A stretch of 64,000 nt of DNA from Luteibacter sp. (GCF_051958795.1 NZ_JBQCFT010000249.1:5800-69799); one strand, 5' to 3'; positions 32,974 through 42,674 are shown, counted from the stretch's first letter. Numbers and translations: made by a program. Notes: generated from the sequence alone by a model not told the origin.

Positions 32974-34046
32974 GAGAGCTTGTCCACGTCGATGATCGCC
33001 TGGGCAAAGGCCTGCGGAGCTTCCTGCGGCAGGTTGTGGCCAATGCCGCCAGTGATCGTGCGGTGCGCATACTTGCCGGTGAACTTCGCCGCGTACTGGG
33101 CCGGTTCCGGATGCGGTGCGCCATTCGCATCGCCTTCCATGGTGATGGTGGGCACACCGATGGTCGGCCCCTGCGCGAGCTTGGCCTCCAGCGCGTCGTA
33201 CTTCGCCTCGCCCTCGGCCAGGCCCATGCGCCAGCGGTAGTTGTGGATCACGAGCGCGACATGGTCCGGGTTATCGAACGCGGCCGCGCTGCGGTCGTAC
33301 GTCGCGTCATCGAAATCCCATTTCGGCGAGGCAAGCTTCCAGATCAGCTTGTTGAAATCGTGGCGGTTCTTGTCGTAACCCTCGCGACCACGCTCGGTCG
33401 CGAAATAGAACTGGTACCACCACTGCAGCTCGGCCTTCGGCGGCAGCGGCTTCTTGCCGGCTTCCTGGCTGCCGATGAGATAGCCGCTGACCGAGACCAG
33501 CGCCTTGACCCGCTCGGGCCACAGCGCGGCGACGATATCGGCGGTGCGTGCGCCCCAGTCAAAGCCGGCGATCGTTGCCTTCTTGATCTTCAACGCGTCC
33601 ATCAGGTCGATGATGTCCGTGGCGAGCGCCGCCGGCTGCGCATTGCGCGGGGTGGAAGCGTCGATGATGTGCGTGCTGCCGTAACCACGCAGGTACGGGA
33701 TGATGACGCGATAGCCTTTCGCGACGAGGACCGGCGCCACGTCGACGAAGCTATAGATGTCGTACGGCCAGCCATGCAGAAGGATCGCGACCGGGCCCTT
33801 CGCCGGGCCCATGTCAACGTAACCGACATCGAGCGCTCCGGCGCGGATCTGCTTTAGGGGCGGGAAGCTGTTGGTGCCGCCAGATGGCTGCGCAGCGCCC
33901 ATGCCGGTCGCGGCACCACCACCACCGATGGCGGGCGACGAGGGCGTAGCGTCGGCGAGGGCGGCAAAGCCCAACGGGCCGGCGGCCATGGCCATCGCGC
34001 TTACGCCGAGGAACCGGCGGCGGGAAAAGGTATGTTCTGAAGACAT
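32970..34046 (-). CDS. Tat-exported alpha/beta hydrolase (epoxide-hydrolase-like)
   Basis: SRRRFLG Tat motif, LLHGWP, GFDWGA nucleophile elbow and GHNLPQE. Confidence 0.88.
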   Translation of the reverse strand: MSSEHTFSRRRFLGVSAMAMAAGPLGFAALADATPSSPAIGGGGAATGMGAAQPSGGTNSFPPLKQIRAGALDVGYVDMGPAKGPVAILLHGWPYDIYSFVDVAPVLVAKGYRVIIPYLRGYGSTHIIDASTPRNAQPAALATDIIDLMDALKIKKATIAGFDWGARTADIVAALWPERVKALVSVSGYLIGSQEAGKKPLPPKAELQWWYQFYFATERGREGYDKNRHDFNKLIWKLASPKWDFDDATYDRSAAAFDNPDHVALVIHNYRWRMGLAEGEAKYDALEAKLAQGPTIGVPTITMEGDANGAPHPEPAQYAAKFTGKYAHRTITGGIGHNLPQEAPQAFAQAIIDVDKLS

Positions 34047-34058
34047 GGTGATTCTCCG

Positions 34059-35330
34059 TTAACGCAGTGACTTGAAGGCGGCGCGGAGCTCTTCGACGAA
34101 GAGCTGGGGCTGTTCCCACGCGGCGAAATGGCCGCCCTTGTCGGCTTCATGGAAGTAATAGAGCGACGGGTAGGCGCGCTGTGCCCAGCTCTTCGGCGCG
34201 CGGTAGATCTCGTAGGGGAAGACGGTGATCGCGACCGGTACCTTGATCTCGCGGGTCTTCTGCGCCTCGGAACTGAAGTTGTTGTTATTGTTTTCCCAGT
34301 AGAAGCGCGAGGCCGATGCGCTCGTATTGGTCAGCCAGTAGAGGCTGATGTCGTCGAGCATTTCATCGCGGCTGAGCACGCCATCGGGGTGGCCGCGGTT
34401 ATCGGCCCACTGCACGAACTTCTCGTACATCCATGCCGCCTCGCCCGCGGGTGAATCGGCAAGCGGGTAACCGATGGTCTGCGGACGCGTCACCATCATC
34501 GCGCCATACGCAGCGTTGCGCCCGAAGAACATGCTGAGTGAATCGAAGGCGCGCTTCTCGTCCGGTGCCAGGCCGGCCGGTGCCGGGTCGCCACCAAAGA
34601 TCGGCTTCACCAGTTCCGGCGGAATCGTGGCCGGCATGTTCAGGTGGATGCCGAGCAGGCCGGCAGGCGCCTGGCGGGCGAGCGCATCGGAGATCACCGA
34701 GCCATGGTCGCCGCCCTGCGAGACGTAACGCGTATAGCCCAGGCGATGCATCAGCGTGTCCCATGCCTTCGCGACACGATCCGGACCCCAGCCGGTTCCC
34801 TTCGGCTTGCCGGAGAACCCATAACCCGGGATCGCGGGAATCACCACGTCAAACGCATCTTCCGCCTTGCCGCCGTGTGCCGTGGGATTTACGAGCGGAT
34901 CGATGGTCTTCAGGAATTCGATCGGCGACCCGGGCCAGCCGTGGGTGAGGATCAGCGGGAGTGCATTCGGGTTCTTCGAGCGGACATGGATGAAATAAAT
35001 GTCCACGCCGTCGATCGTCGTAACGAATTGCGGGAGCTTGTTGAGCTGGGCCTCGAACTTGCGCCAGTCATAGCCCTTGCCCCAGTACTGCACCAGCGCC
35101 TGCACCTTCGCAAGCTGGGTACCCTGGGAATCATCGTCCACCGTCTCCTTGTCGGGCCAACGCGTATCGGCGATGCGCCGCTTCAGGTCGGCCAGCGCCT
35201 TGTCAGGCACGTGCGCGTGGTAAGGGCGGATCGAGGTGTCGTCCGTGGCGGACGCGCGGGTGTCCTGGGCATGGGATAGCCCGGAGGCTCCCAGCAGGGC
35301 AAGGCCCAGCGCGAGGGTGGCTGCACGCAT
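34059..35330 (-). CDS. Exported epoxide hydrolase (EHN/microsomal type)
   Basis: Signal peptide, LTHGWPGS, PGYGFS, QGGDHG and GGHFAAWEQP motifs. Confidence 0.9.
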   Translation of the reverse strand: MRAATLALGLALLGASGLSHAQDTRASATDDTSIRPYHAHVPDKALADLKRRIADTRWPDKETVDDDSQGTQLAKVQALVQYWGKGYDWRKFEAQLNKLPQFVTTIDGVDIYFIHVRSKNPNALPLILTHGWPGSPIEFLKTIDPLVNPTAHGGKAEDAFDVVIPAIPGYGFSGKPKGTGWGPDRVAKAWDTLMHRLGYTRYVSQGGDHGSVISDALARQAPAGLLGIHLNMPATIPPELVKPIFGGDPAPAGLAPDEKRAFDSLSMFFGRNAAYGAMMVTRPQTIGYPLADSPAGEAAWMYEKFVQWADNRGHPDGVLSRDEMLDDISLYWLTNTSASASRFYWENNNNNFSSEAQKTREIKVPVAITVFPYEIYRAPKSWAQRAYPSLYYFHEADKGGHFAAWEQPQLFVEELRAAFKSLR

Positions 35331-35553
35331 CGGTGTTCTCCATGAATGATGAAGCACGGATCACAGCAGACCCCATGAAGGTAGGCGATTGCACCTTGGT
35401 ATCGACACATACCAACGTATGGACGTGGCGTGTAACGAGCCTGCGGAGCCTGGGTTAGGCGATTCCTATCGTGTATGGCACGACGCACGCGTATGTGCGT
35501 GGGCGTCTATACTCGTGGCACGGTTGCACTCTCGCGGCCATCAGGGAGATTCC

Positions 35554-36198
35554 ATGTCGAAGGTGCGCATCGCAGGGTTCAATGTTTCGATGGATGGCTA
35601 TTCGGCCGGACCGAACCAGAGCCTCGAAAATCCGCTGGGCGTAAACGGCCCGGACATCTTCCAGTGGTTTTTCCCGACCCGCATGTTCAGCGAAATGATC
35701 GGAAAGGATGGCGGCGAAGCCGGGCCGGACAACGATTTCGCATATCGCGCGATGGACGGCTTCGGCGCGTTCATCCTGGGCCGCAATATGTTCGGTCCGA
35801 TCCGTGGTGAATGGCCGGACGACGAGTGGAAAGGCTGGTGGGGCGATAACCCGCCGTACCACGCGCCGACCTTTATCCTCACCCGCTATCCGCGCGAGTC
35901 GATCGAAATGGAAGGCGGCACGACCTTCCATTTCATCACGGGTGGTATCGAGGAAGCCTTGCGGCGCGCGCGTGAGGCGGCAGGCAGCAAGGACATCAAG
36001 ATTGGCGGCGGCGTGTCCACCGCCAGGCAGTACATCGAAGCCGGCCACGTCGACGAAATGCACCTCGCCATCGCACCCGTCGTCATGGGGCAGGGCGAGG
36101 CGCTGTTTGCTGGCCTCGACCTGCGTGCCATGGGCTACAAGACCATCGAGCACGTGCCAACGGCGCGCGCGATGCACGTGGTGCTGGCGCGCGACTGA
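35554..36198 (+). CDS. Dihydrofolate reductase/RibD C-terminal-like protein
   Basis: SMDGY.AGP, LGRNMFGP, WWGDNPPYH, IGGG and DEMHLAIAP motifs. Confidence 0.85.
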   Translation: MSKVRIAGFNVSMDGYSAGPNQSLENPLGVNGPDIFQWFFPTRMFSEMIGKDGGEAGPDNDFAYRAMDGFGAFILGRNMFGPIRGEWPDDEWKGWWGDNPPYHAPTFILTRYPRESIEMEGGTTFHFITGGIEEALRRAREAAGSKDIKIGGGVSTARQYIEAGHVDEMHLAIAPVVMGQGEALFAGLDLRAMGYKTIEHVPTARAMHVVLARD

Positions 36199-36215
36199 AG
36201 CCCGCCTATGCGCGT

Positions 36216-37103
36216 TTACCCCGCGGGCTTCACCGCGGGGTCGAGGAAGCGCCCGACGACCTCGGGCAGCATCGGGTCGACAGCGAGCGTGTAATGCGTC
36301 GTATCGGGCAGGATAGCGAGCGCATTGGCAGGTCGCTTCGATCCATCGAGGCCGGCATCGCGCTGGCCGCCTCCCAGGGCCTTCCAGAATGCGACCATGT
36401 GTTCCGGGCGGATCGCGTCGGCGTCGGCATACACCAGGAGTGTGCGCATCCGAAGCTTTGCGACGTCCGCGCTCCAGTCGAAGGGGCGGCTGGTCATGTC
36501 ACCGACCTTCATGAACAGCCGGGTCCAGTCGACGTCGGGATACGCCTTGCCTAAAGGCGAGGCCTTGACGCCGGGGCCGATCGTGGCGGCATTGCCTTCC
36601 ATCTGTTTGAACGCCGCCACGGCTTCCGGATAAAAGCCGTCCTGGCTCATCGTCACCGACACCAGCACCAGCCGGTCAACGACGTCAGGATGGCGGATGG
36701 CGGTCTGTAGGGCGACGGAGCCGCCGAGCGAATAGCCCATCACGTCGGCCTTGCCGAGCTTCAGCTGACGGATGAGCGCCGCGATGTCATCAGCCATCGT
36801 TTCGCTGCGCAGCGGCCGGTCCGTATCCGGCGTACGCCCGTGTCCCTGGAGATGGACGGCGATGACCTGGCGATGCCTGGCCAGCTCGTCCAGGTTGCTT
36901 CCGAAACTGCCCGGGTCGATACCGCCGTGCAGCAGGATGAGCGGCTTGCCGATGCCATGCACGCTGTAAAAAAGATGCTGGCCATTGACGTCGGCAAAGT
37001 GCTCGCCGCCCGCAACGGCAGGAGCCGTCGTAGCGCGGACGGGGAGAACGGCAGCCAACACAGCGGTCGCCGCGGCAGTCTTCATGAAATCACGTCTCAG
37101 CAT
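36216..37103 (-). CDS. Tat-exported alpha/beta hydrolase
   Basis: LRRDFMK Tat motif, LLHGG, GYSLGG and LPDTTHY. Confidence 0.85.
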   Translation of the reverse strand: MLRRDFMKTAAATAVLAAVLPVRATTAPAVAGGEHFADVNGQHLFYSVHGIGKPLILLHGGIDPGSFGSNLDELARHRQVIAVHLQGHGRTPDTDRPLRSETMADDIAALIRQLKLGKADVMGYSLGGSVALQTAIRHPDVVDRLVLVSVTMSQDGFYPEAVAAFKQMEGNAATIGPGVKASPLGKAYPDVDWTRLFMKVGDMTSRPFDWSADVAKLRMRTLLVYADADAIRPEHMVAFWKALGGGQRDAGLDGSKRPANALAILPDTTHYTLAVDPMLPEVVGRFLDPAVKPAG

Positions 37104-37143
37104 GGCTTCGTTGTCCCTTCCCTATGCCGCGGCAGCGGTGTGA

Positions 37144-37641
37144 CTAGTGGCGTGAAGCGAGCAACGCATCCAGCTGCGCGAACTGCTCGGGCAGGCCTTC
37201 CGCCGAACCGGCGAGGGCTTCTTCAAGCGCTGCCGTGGTGGGGTAAAGCTCGTGCAGGGTGACCAGCGTCTTGTCGCCCTGGGCTTCGAACGTCACCGTG
37301 GTCACAGCGCCGTCGGGGCTTTCTTCGTTCGTCCAGACCATACGCTTGTTCGGCGTCACGTCGCTGTATGTGCCGAAGAACGTCATCGGCTGGTCGAAGT
37401 TGGGGTGGCGGAATGTAAGGCGATACTTGCCACCCGTGCGGATGTCCATGTCGCATGACTCAAGCGACATACCCACCGACTTCGGCACCCACCACGTCTT
37501 GAACAGGTCGGGCGTACTCCATGCCTCGAACACGATGTGCACCGGCGCATCGAACGTCCGCGTCACGAGCATCTCGCGGTCGCCCCTGCGTTGGACATCG
37601 GTGCGGTTCGTGGCGCGGCCACCTTCATTCATCACGCTCAT
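37144..37641 (-). CDS. SRPBCC/AHSA1-like START-domain protein
   Basis: TRTFDAPVHIVFEAWS and DIRTGGKYR motifs; overlaps the ArsR gene. Confidence 0.87.
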   Translation of the reverse strand: MSVMNEGGRATNRTDVQRRGDREMLVTRTFDAPVHIVFEAWSTPDLFKTWWVPKSVGMSLESCDMDIRTGGKYRLTFRHPNFDQPMTFFGTYSDVTPNKRMVWTNEESPDGAVTTVTFEAQGDKTLVTLHELYPTTAALEEALAGSAEGLPEQFAQLDALLASRH

Positions 37642-37981
37642 CTGCCCTCTCCTCGCGTTTCAGCTGGTCAACGATCTGGTCGAGCGCATCGAAACGAGCG
37701 CTCCAAAGCTGGCGGTGCTGCTCGATCCAGCCGGCTTCCTCTTCCAGCCGACGTGGCCCGAGCTTGCAGGTACGGACGCGCCCCACCTTCTCCGTGGTGA
37801 CCAGCCCCGCCTGCTCCAGGACGCTCACGTGCTTTTTCATGCCCGTGATCGTCATCCGGAACCGCTGGGCGAGATCGCTGATCGACGCGTGTGAATCCCC
37901 GAGCTGTTCCAGGACGCCCCGCCGGGTGACATCGGACAGGGCGGCGAACGTGGCATCGAGGCGAGCTTGATACTGAACCAT
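37625..37981 (-). CDS. ArsR/SmtB-family regulator
   Basis: LDATFAALSDVTRRGVL, KKHVSVLEQAGLV and GRVRTCKL motifs. Confidence 0.9.
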   Translation of the reverse strand: MVQYQARLDATFAALSDVTRRGVLEQLGDSHASISDLAQRFRMTITGMKKHVSVLEQAGLVTTEKVGRVRTCKLGPRRLEEEAGWIEQHRQLWSARFDALDQIVDQLKREERADERDE

Positions 37982-37989
37982 ATGGTTCA
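37974..37989. promoter_or_regulatory. Perfect 16-bp palindrome TGAACCATATGGTTCA over the ArsR start codon (putative autorepression operator)
   Basis: Read directly from the sequence. Confidence 0.65.
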
Positions 37990-38061
37990 CTGTATGCCGC
38001 CGATCGAGGCTCTGCAAGTGGCTCCGCACCCGGAAACCTGAACTCTGGAAAATTCTGCATA

Positions 38062-38089
38062 TTGATAATACAGAAATGAACTATATACT
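38062..38089 (+). promoter_or_regulatory. Sigma70-like promoter of the MarR-FUSC operon
   Basis: TTGATA-N16-TATACT in an AT-rich gap. Confidence 0.4.
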
Positions 38090-38119
38090 TATGTTGTAAC
38101 CACGCCACAGGCCGTTCCC

Positions 38120-38611
38120 ATGAGTGACTTCGCCCCCACCGAAGCGCGGATCCACAACACCATCAAGAAGTACCCCGCCTTCCCCCGGGAGCCGGCGGTG
38201 CTCGTTCGCCTGGTGAAGCACCTCTATAAGGAGGTGCACGACGAGGCCAATGGTGTGATGAAGCCGTACGGCCTGAATCACCCCGAGTACAACATCCTGA
38301 TGATGCTGTACGGGGCGGCGGGCAACGCGCTCAATCCTTCGCAGCTGGCTGATGCGGCCGGCGAGAAGCTGGCGAACGTCACCCGCCTGACGACGCGCCT
38401 GTGCGACATGGGCTACATCGCCCGTGCCGCCAGCGAGGATGACCGCCGCAAGATCGAGCTCACGCTCACCCCGGCCGGCGTGGACCTTATCGAGAGCTTC
38501 CTGCCCGACATCGTCACGCTGCTACACCGGCAGACGCGCAACCTTAGCCGTGACGAGCAGAACCTCCTCGAGGGCCTGCTGAAGAAGATGCTTGCCGGGT
38601 TCGGGGAGTAA
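38120..38611 (+). CDS. MarR-family regulator
   Basis: YGLNHPEYNILMML, NVTRLTTRL and EDDRRK..LT..G motifs. Confidence 0.9.
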   Translation: MSDFAPTEARIHNTIKKYPAFPREPAVLVRLVKHLYKEVHDEANGVMKPYGLNHPEYNILMMLYGAAGNALNPSQLADAAGEKLANVTRLTTRLCDMGYIARAASEDDRRKIELTLTPAGVDLIESFLPDIVTLLHRQTRNLSRDEQNLLEGLLKKMLAGFGE

Positions 38612-38623
38612 GCGGGCGCCGCC

Positions 38624-40756
38624 ATGTCTGCCGTGAATCCCACCGCCACCGCTACCACGCCGGCCACTCGCCAGGTCGTGGTGGAGACCCTGCGCGAGGA
38701 GGCCTCGATCTGGCTCTTCGTGGTGAAGACGCTGGTCGCGTTCTTCGCCGCGGGCTGGCTGGCCATGCGCTTCGACCTGCCGGCGCCATCCACCGCGATG
38801 CTGACCACGATCATCGTGGCCAACCGGCAGTCGGGCATGGTGCTGGCGAAGAGCTTCTACCGTGCGATCGGCACGGTGGGCGGCGCGACGGCGGCTATCG
38901 CGATCGTCGCGTCGTTCCCCCAACAGCGGGATCTGTTCCTCGTCGCGCTCTCGATGTGGATCGGTGTCTGCGCCGGTGGCGCCACGCTTTACCGCAACTT
39001 CAAATCCTATGCCTTCGTGCTGGGCGGCTACACCGCGGCCATCGTCGCCATCCCCGTCATCGACAACCCGCCGGGCGTGTTCGACTCCGCCGTGGCGCGC
39101 CTCTCCGAAGTGCTGCTCGGGCTGCTGGTCAGCGGCGTGGTGAACGACGTGGTCTTCCCGAGCCGCATGCGCGACGTGCTGCGCCGCTCGGCGCGCGAAC
39201 AGTTCGCACACTTCCTCAACTTCGTCCGCGGCGCCACGGAAGGGTCGATCCCGCGCGAAGCCATGGAAAACGCGCACCTTCGCTTCGTGCGCGATGCGGT
39301 GACGCTGGAAGACCTGCGCAGCTCCGTGATTTTCGAGGACGCGGAAGCGCGTGCGCGCAGCAACCACCTGCGCCTGTTCAACCAGCGCTTCATGGCGGCT
39401 TCCACCAGCTTCCAGTCGTTGCACCACCTCGTGAACCGGTTGAAGCGTGCGAAGCGCGATCTCGCCGCCGATACGCTGGTCCGCTTGTACGCGCCGATCG
39501 GTGATGCCCTGCATGTGCCCATCGAAGCGGGCATGGCGGCGCGCGTTCTGTTGCCCCGCCTGGCCGATGCGCGTACGGCCATGCGTACGCAGCGCCCGCT
39601 GCTTCGTGCCTCGCTCAGCGACGTCCAGGACATCCGCGACTACGATACCGGTGCCTCGCTGCTGATGCGCTTTGCCGACGAGCTACATGCCTACGTCGAC
39701 GCGGCTGCCTCGCTCCAGGCACCCCGCATCGTCGGTGGCACGGCCGAGCGCGTGCGCTTCGATCGCGGCAATGACTGGCTCGGCGCAGGGCTGGCCACGT
39801 TCCGCACCACGCTGACCATGCTGGTGCTCGGCCTGTTCTGGATCGCGAGCGCGTGGCCGATGGGGTCGAGCGCGATGCTCCTGGCCACCATCTTCGCCGG
39901 TCTCTTTGCGACGACACCCAATCCCACCCGCGTCACGTGGATCGTCATGCTCGGCTACCTCAGCGGCATGGCCATGGGCTTCATCTGCGAGTTCTTCGTG
40001 CTTACCCAGGTGGATGGCTATCCGCTGCTCGTCGCCGGCATCGCCCCGTTCCTTGCGGTGGGACTGGTCATGATGATGAGCCGGAAGCTGGGGTCGTTCG
40101 GTCTCGGCTGGTCGATGGGCCTGGCCTACATCCTTGCGCTGAAAAATGTGCAGACCTACGACCCGGCGCATTTCATCAACGATGCCATCGCCCAGGTCGT
40201 CGGGCTTGGCGCCGCGGCCGTCTCGTTCGTGGTGATCCCGCCGGCGATCGGCAGTGCGTGGCTGCGCCGCCGCCAGCTGACGCGGTTGCGCGGGCAGGTG
40301 GCGCTGGCCGCCGAGGCACCGTTGCCGGGTCTGCGCCACCGCTTCGAGAGCGTGAACCACGATCTCTTCAGCCAGGTCGTCGCGCAGACGCAGCCCGGTA
40401 GCGCGGATTCCCGTGCGCTGGTGGCGTGGGCACTGGCGGTACACGAAACCGGCCGTGCGCTCATCGAGTTGCGCCACGACATGGCCCGGCGCGACATACC
40501 CTCGACGCTGCTGCCCTATCTGCAGGAAGCCCTGCGCGCGCTGGCGCGCTTCTATGAGAAGCCGGACCCGGCGGGCTACCTGCTGGCGCGCGACGCCGTG
40601 GCCACGGCCATCGCAAGCGTCGGCGAACACGACGGGCAGGCCCACCTGCTCGAACACCTGCACCTTGTCCGCATGGCGCTGCTCGATGGCGAATCCGTCC
40701 TCGCCGCGTACATGCCTTCCGCTCCGCTTGCCAAGGAAATCGTCCATGCCTCGTGA
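38624..40756 (+). CDS. FUSC (fusaric acid resistance/AaeB-like) inner-membrane efflux protein
   Basis: SGMVLAKSFYRAIGT, SYAFVLGGYTAAIV and ARLSEVLLG motifs; two TM blocks. Confidence 0.92.
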   Translation: MSAVNPTATATTPATRQVVVETLREEASIWLFVVKTLVAFFAAGWLAMRFDLPAPSTAMLTTIIVANRQSGMVLAKSFYRAIGTVGGATAAIAIVASFPQQRDLFLVALSMWIGVCAGGATLYRNFKSYAFVLGGYTAAIVAIPVIDNPPGVFDSAVARLSEVLLGLLVSGVVNDVVFPSRMRDVLRRSAREQFAHFLNFVRGATEGSIPREAMENAHLRFVRDAVTLEDLRSSVIFEDAEARARSNHLRLFNQRFMAASTSFQSLHHLVNRLKRAKRDLAADTLVRLYAPIGDALHVPIEAGMAARVLLPRLADARTAMRTQRPLLRASLSDVQDIRDYDTGASLLMRFADELHAYVDAAASLQAPRIVGGTAERVRFDRGNDWLGAGLATFRTTLTMLVLGLFWIASAWPMGSSAMLLATIFAGLFATTPNPTRVTWIVMLGYLSGMAMGFICEFFVLTQVDGYPLLVAGIAPFLAVGLVMMMSRKLGSFGLGWSMGLAYILALKNVQTYDPAHFINDAIAQVVGLGAAAVSFVVIPPAIGSAWLRRRQLTRLRGQVALAAEAPLPGLRHRFESVNHDLFSQVVAQTQPGSADSRALVAWALAVHETGRALIELRHDMARRDIPSTLLPYLQEALRALARFYEKPDPAGYLLARDAVATAIASVGEHDGQAHLLEHLHLVRMALLDGESVLAAYMPSAPLAKEIVHAS

Positions 40757-40943
40757 GATTGCGCTCGGCGACGCCCTCGTACCGGGGTTGCTCGTCCTTT
40801 TCGTCCTGGCCCTGCTGGCCCTGTGGATCCTGGATTCGCTGGCGGGCCGCTTCGGCCTCTACCGCCTTGTGTGGCACCCGCCGCTGTTCCGCCTTGGCGT
40901 GTTCGTCTGTGTCTTCGGCGCGTTTGCGCTGTTCCTTATCTGA
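40746..40943 (+). CDS. DUF1656/AaeX-like small membrane protein
   Basis: MPREI..G..VP and VWHPPLFRL motifs; position between FUSC and HlyD. Confidence 0.85.
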   Translation: MPREIALGDALVPGLLVLFVLALLALWILDSLAGRFGLYRLVWHPPLFRLGVFVCVFGAFALFLI

Positions 40944-40954
40944 GTGATGCCGTC

Positions 40955-41974
40955 ATGAAACTCACCACGATCCTCCGCTTCGCCATCACCGCCGCCGTCA
41001 TCGTCGTCGCGGCGTTCGTCGGGCACGCGTTGTGGAAGCACTACATGTATTCGCCCTGGACCCGCGATGGCCGCGTGCGCGCGGAAATCGTGCGCATCGC
41101 CCCCGACGTGGCGGGCCTGGTCACCGATGTGCAGGTCATCGACAACCAGACGGTGAAGAAGGGTGACCTGCTGTTCGTCGTGGACAAGGCGCGTTACATC
41201 AACGCGCTGAACCAGGCGAAGGCCAACCTCCACGCGGCCGAGGCTGCCGCACGCGCGTCGGGCGCCAACATCAACGCGGCCGCTGCGAGCGCGCAGCAGA
41301 GTCGCTCGAACTTCGAGATGTATGCCGCGCAGTCCGATCGCCGGCAGAAGCTGATCAACAACGTTATCTCGGCGGAAGACAAGGCCAATGCGCTTGCCGC
41401 GGCGAATGCCGCCAAGGCGGGCTGGCAGGCTGCACAGGCGAGCACGAAGCAGGCCTCGGCCGCGCAGGAGCAGGCGCTCGCCGCCGTCGCCCAGGCCGAG
41501 GTGGAAGTGGCCGCCGCGCAGCTCAACCTCGATCGCACCGACGTACGCGCGCCGGTGGATGGCTATGTCACCAACCTGGATGTCCGCGTCGGCGATTACG
41601 CCAGTGCCGGCACGGCGCGCCTTGCGCTGATCGACAGCCACTCGTACTGGATCTACGGCTATTTCGAAGAAACCAAGCTGCCTGGCCTGCGCATCGGCGA
41701 TCCGGTCGACATCCGCCTCATGAGCGGTGGCGTGCGCCTGCAGGGCAAGGTCGAGAGCATCGCCCGCGGTATCACCGATGCGGATAACCCGACCGGCAGC
41801 GACATGCTGGCCGACGTGAACCCGACCTTCAACTGGGTGCGCCTGGCCCAGCGCGTGCCGGTGCGCGTGCGCATAGATGCGACCCACCTGCCGCAGGGTA
41901 CGGTGCTGGCGGCCGGCATGACGGCGACGCTGGTGGTGCATCCGTCGCAAGCCGAGCAGGTTGCCGTTCGCTAA
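40955..41974 (+). CDS. HlyD/AaeA-family membrane fusion protein
   Basis: PWTRDGRVRA, IAPDVAG, YFEETKL and NWVRLAQRVPVR motifs. Confidence 0.93.
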   Translation: MKLTTILRFAITAAVIVVAAFVGHALWKHYMYSPWTRDGRVRAEIVRIAPDVAGLVTDVQVIDNQTVKKGDLLFVVDKARYINALNQAKANLHAAEAAARASGANINAAAASAQQSRSNFEMYAAQSDRRQKLINNVISAEDKANALAAANAAKAGWQAAQASTKQASAAQEQALAAVAQAEVEVAAAQLNLDRTDVRAPVDGYVTNLDVRVGDYASAGTARLALIDSHSYWIYGYFEETKLPGLRIGDPVDIRLMSGGVRLQGKVESIARGITDADNPTGSDMLADVNPTFNWVRLAQRVPVRVRIDATHLPQGTVLAAGMTATLVVHPSQAEQVAVR

Positions 41975-41983
41975 CGTCTATTC

Positions 41984-42079
41984 GTAGGAGCCCACCCTGT
42001 GGGCGACATCTTTCGCGATGACGCCGCAGGGCCCTGTGACTCTCCCGCGAACGGCGTCGCCCACAGGGTGGGCTCCTAC
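41984..42079. repeat. REP doublet/REPIN (GTAGGAGC family)
   Basis: GTAGGAGCCCACCCTGTGGGCGAC...GTCGCCCACAGGGTGGGCTCCTAC; near-identical copy at 46919-47013. Confidence 0.85.
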
Positions 42080-42660
42080 GGGGCGAGGCGCTTGAGCCGC
42101 AGCTGAAGCCACTTGTCCACGTCAGCCCATTCGGTGGCGAGGATGCTGTAGCAGACGGTGTCGCGGAGGGAACCGTCCTCGCGGCGCTTGTGGGCGCGCA
42201 GCACGCCTTCCTTGCGCGCGCCAAGCCGCTCGATGGCTTTTTGGGAATCCTGGTTGTAAGCGTCGGTGTGGAACTCGACCGCGACCACGCCAAGGTTCTG
42301 GAAGGCGTTATCCAGCAGCAGGTGCTTGCAGGCCGTGTTCAGGTGGCTGCGCTGCCAGCGCTTCGCGTACCAGGTGTAGCCGATGGCCAGCCGGTACGGG
42401 TCGGGCGTGATGTCGTAGTAGCGGCTGGTGCCGACGATGTCGCCGCTCGAGCGCTCGCGGACCACCCAGGGGGCCATGCGGCCCTCGACCTGGCCGCGCA
42501 GGGCCTTTTCCACGTAGGCGGTCATCTCGCCCGGGCGGGGGACCGTGGTGAACCAGAGGTCCCAGAGCTCGCCATCGGCCGCGGCCTCTTCCAGCGCGGG
42601 GACGTGCTCGAGGGTCATGGGCTCCAGGATGACCCAGGCGTTTTCCAGGCGGTCGGCCAT
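42076..42660 (-). CDS. RimJ/RimL-family GNAT N-acetyltransferase
   Basis: IGYTWY, N..SQKAIERLGARKEGVLR and RDTVCYSI motifs. Confidence 0.9.
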   Translation of the reverse strand: MADRLENAWVILEPMTLEHVPALEEAAADGELWDLWFTTVPRPGEMTAYVEKALRGQVEGRMAPWVVRERSSGDIVGTSRYYDITPDPYRLAIGYTWYAKRWQRSHLNTACKHLLLDNAFQNLGVVAVEFHTDAYNQDSQKAIERLGARKEGVLRAHKRREDGSLRDTVCYSILATEWADVDKWLQLRLKRLAP

Positions 42661-42674
42661 GCGTAGGGCTCCTC

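Noticed and set aside
35331-35553. Short repeats and palindromes (TAGGCGATT x2, CATAC-N4-GTATG, TAGG-N5-CCTA) in the epoxide hydrolase/DHFR gap
   Set aside because: Too short and inconsistently spaced to call an operator; the spacing differs from the N6 motif
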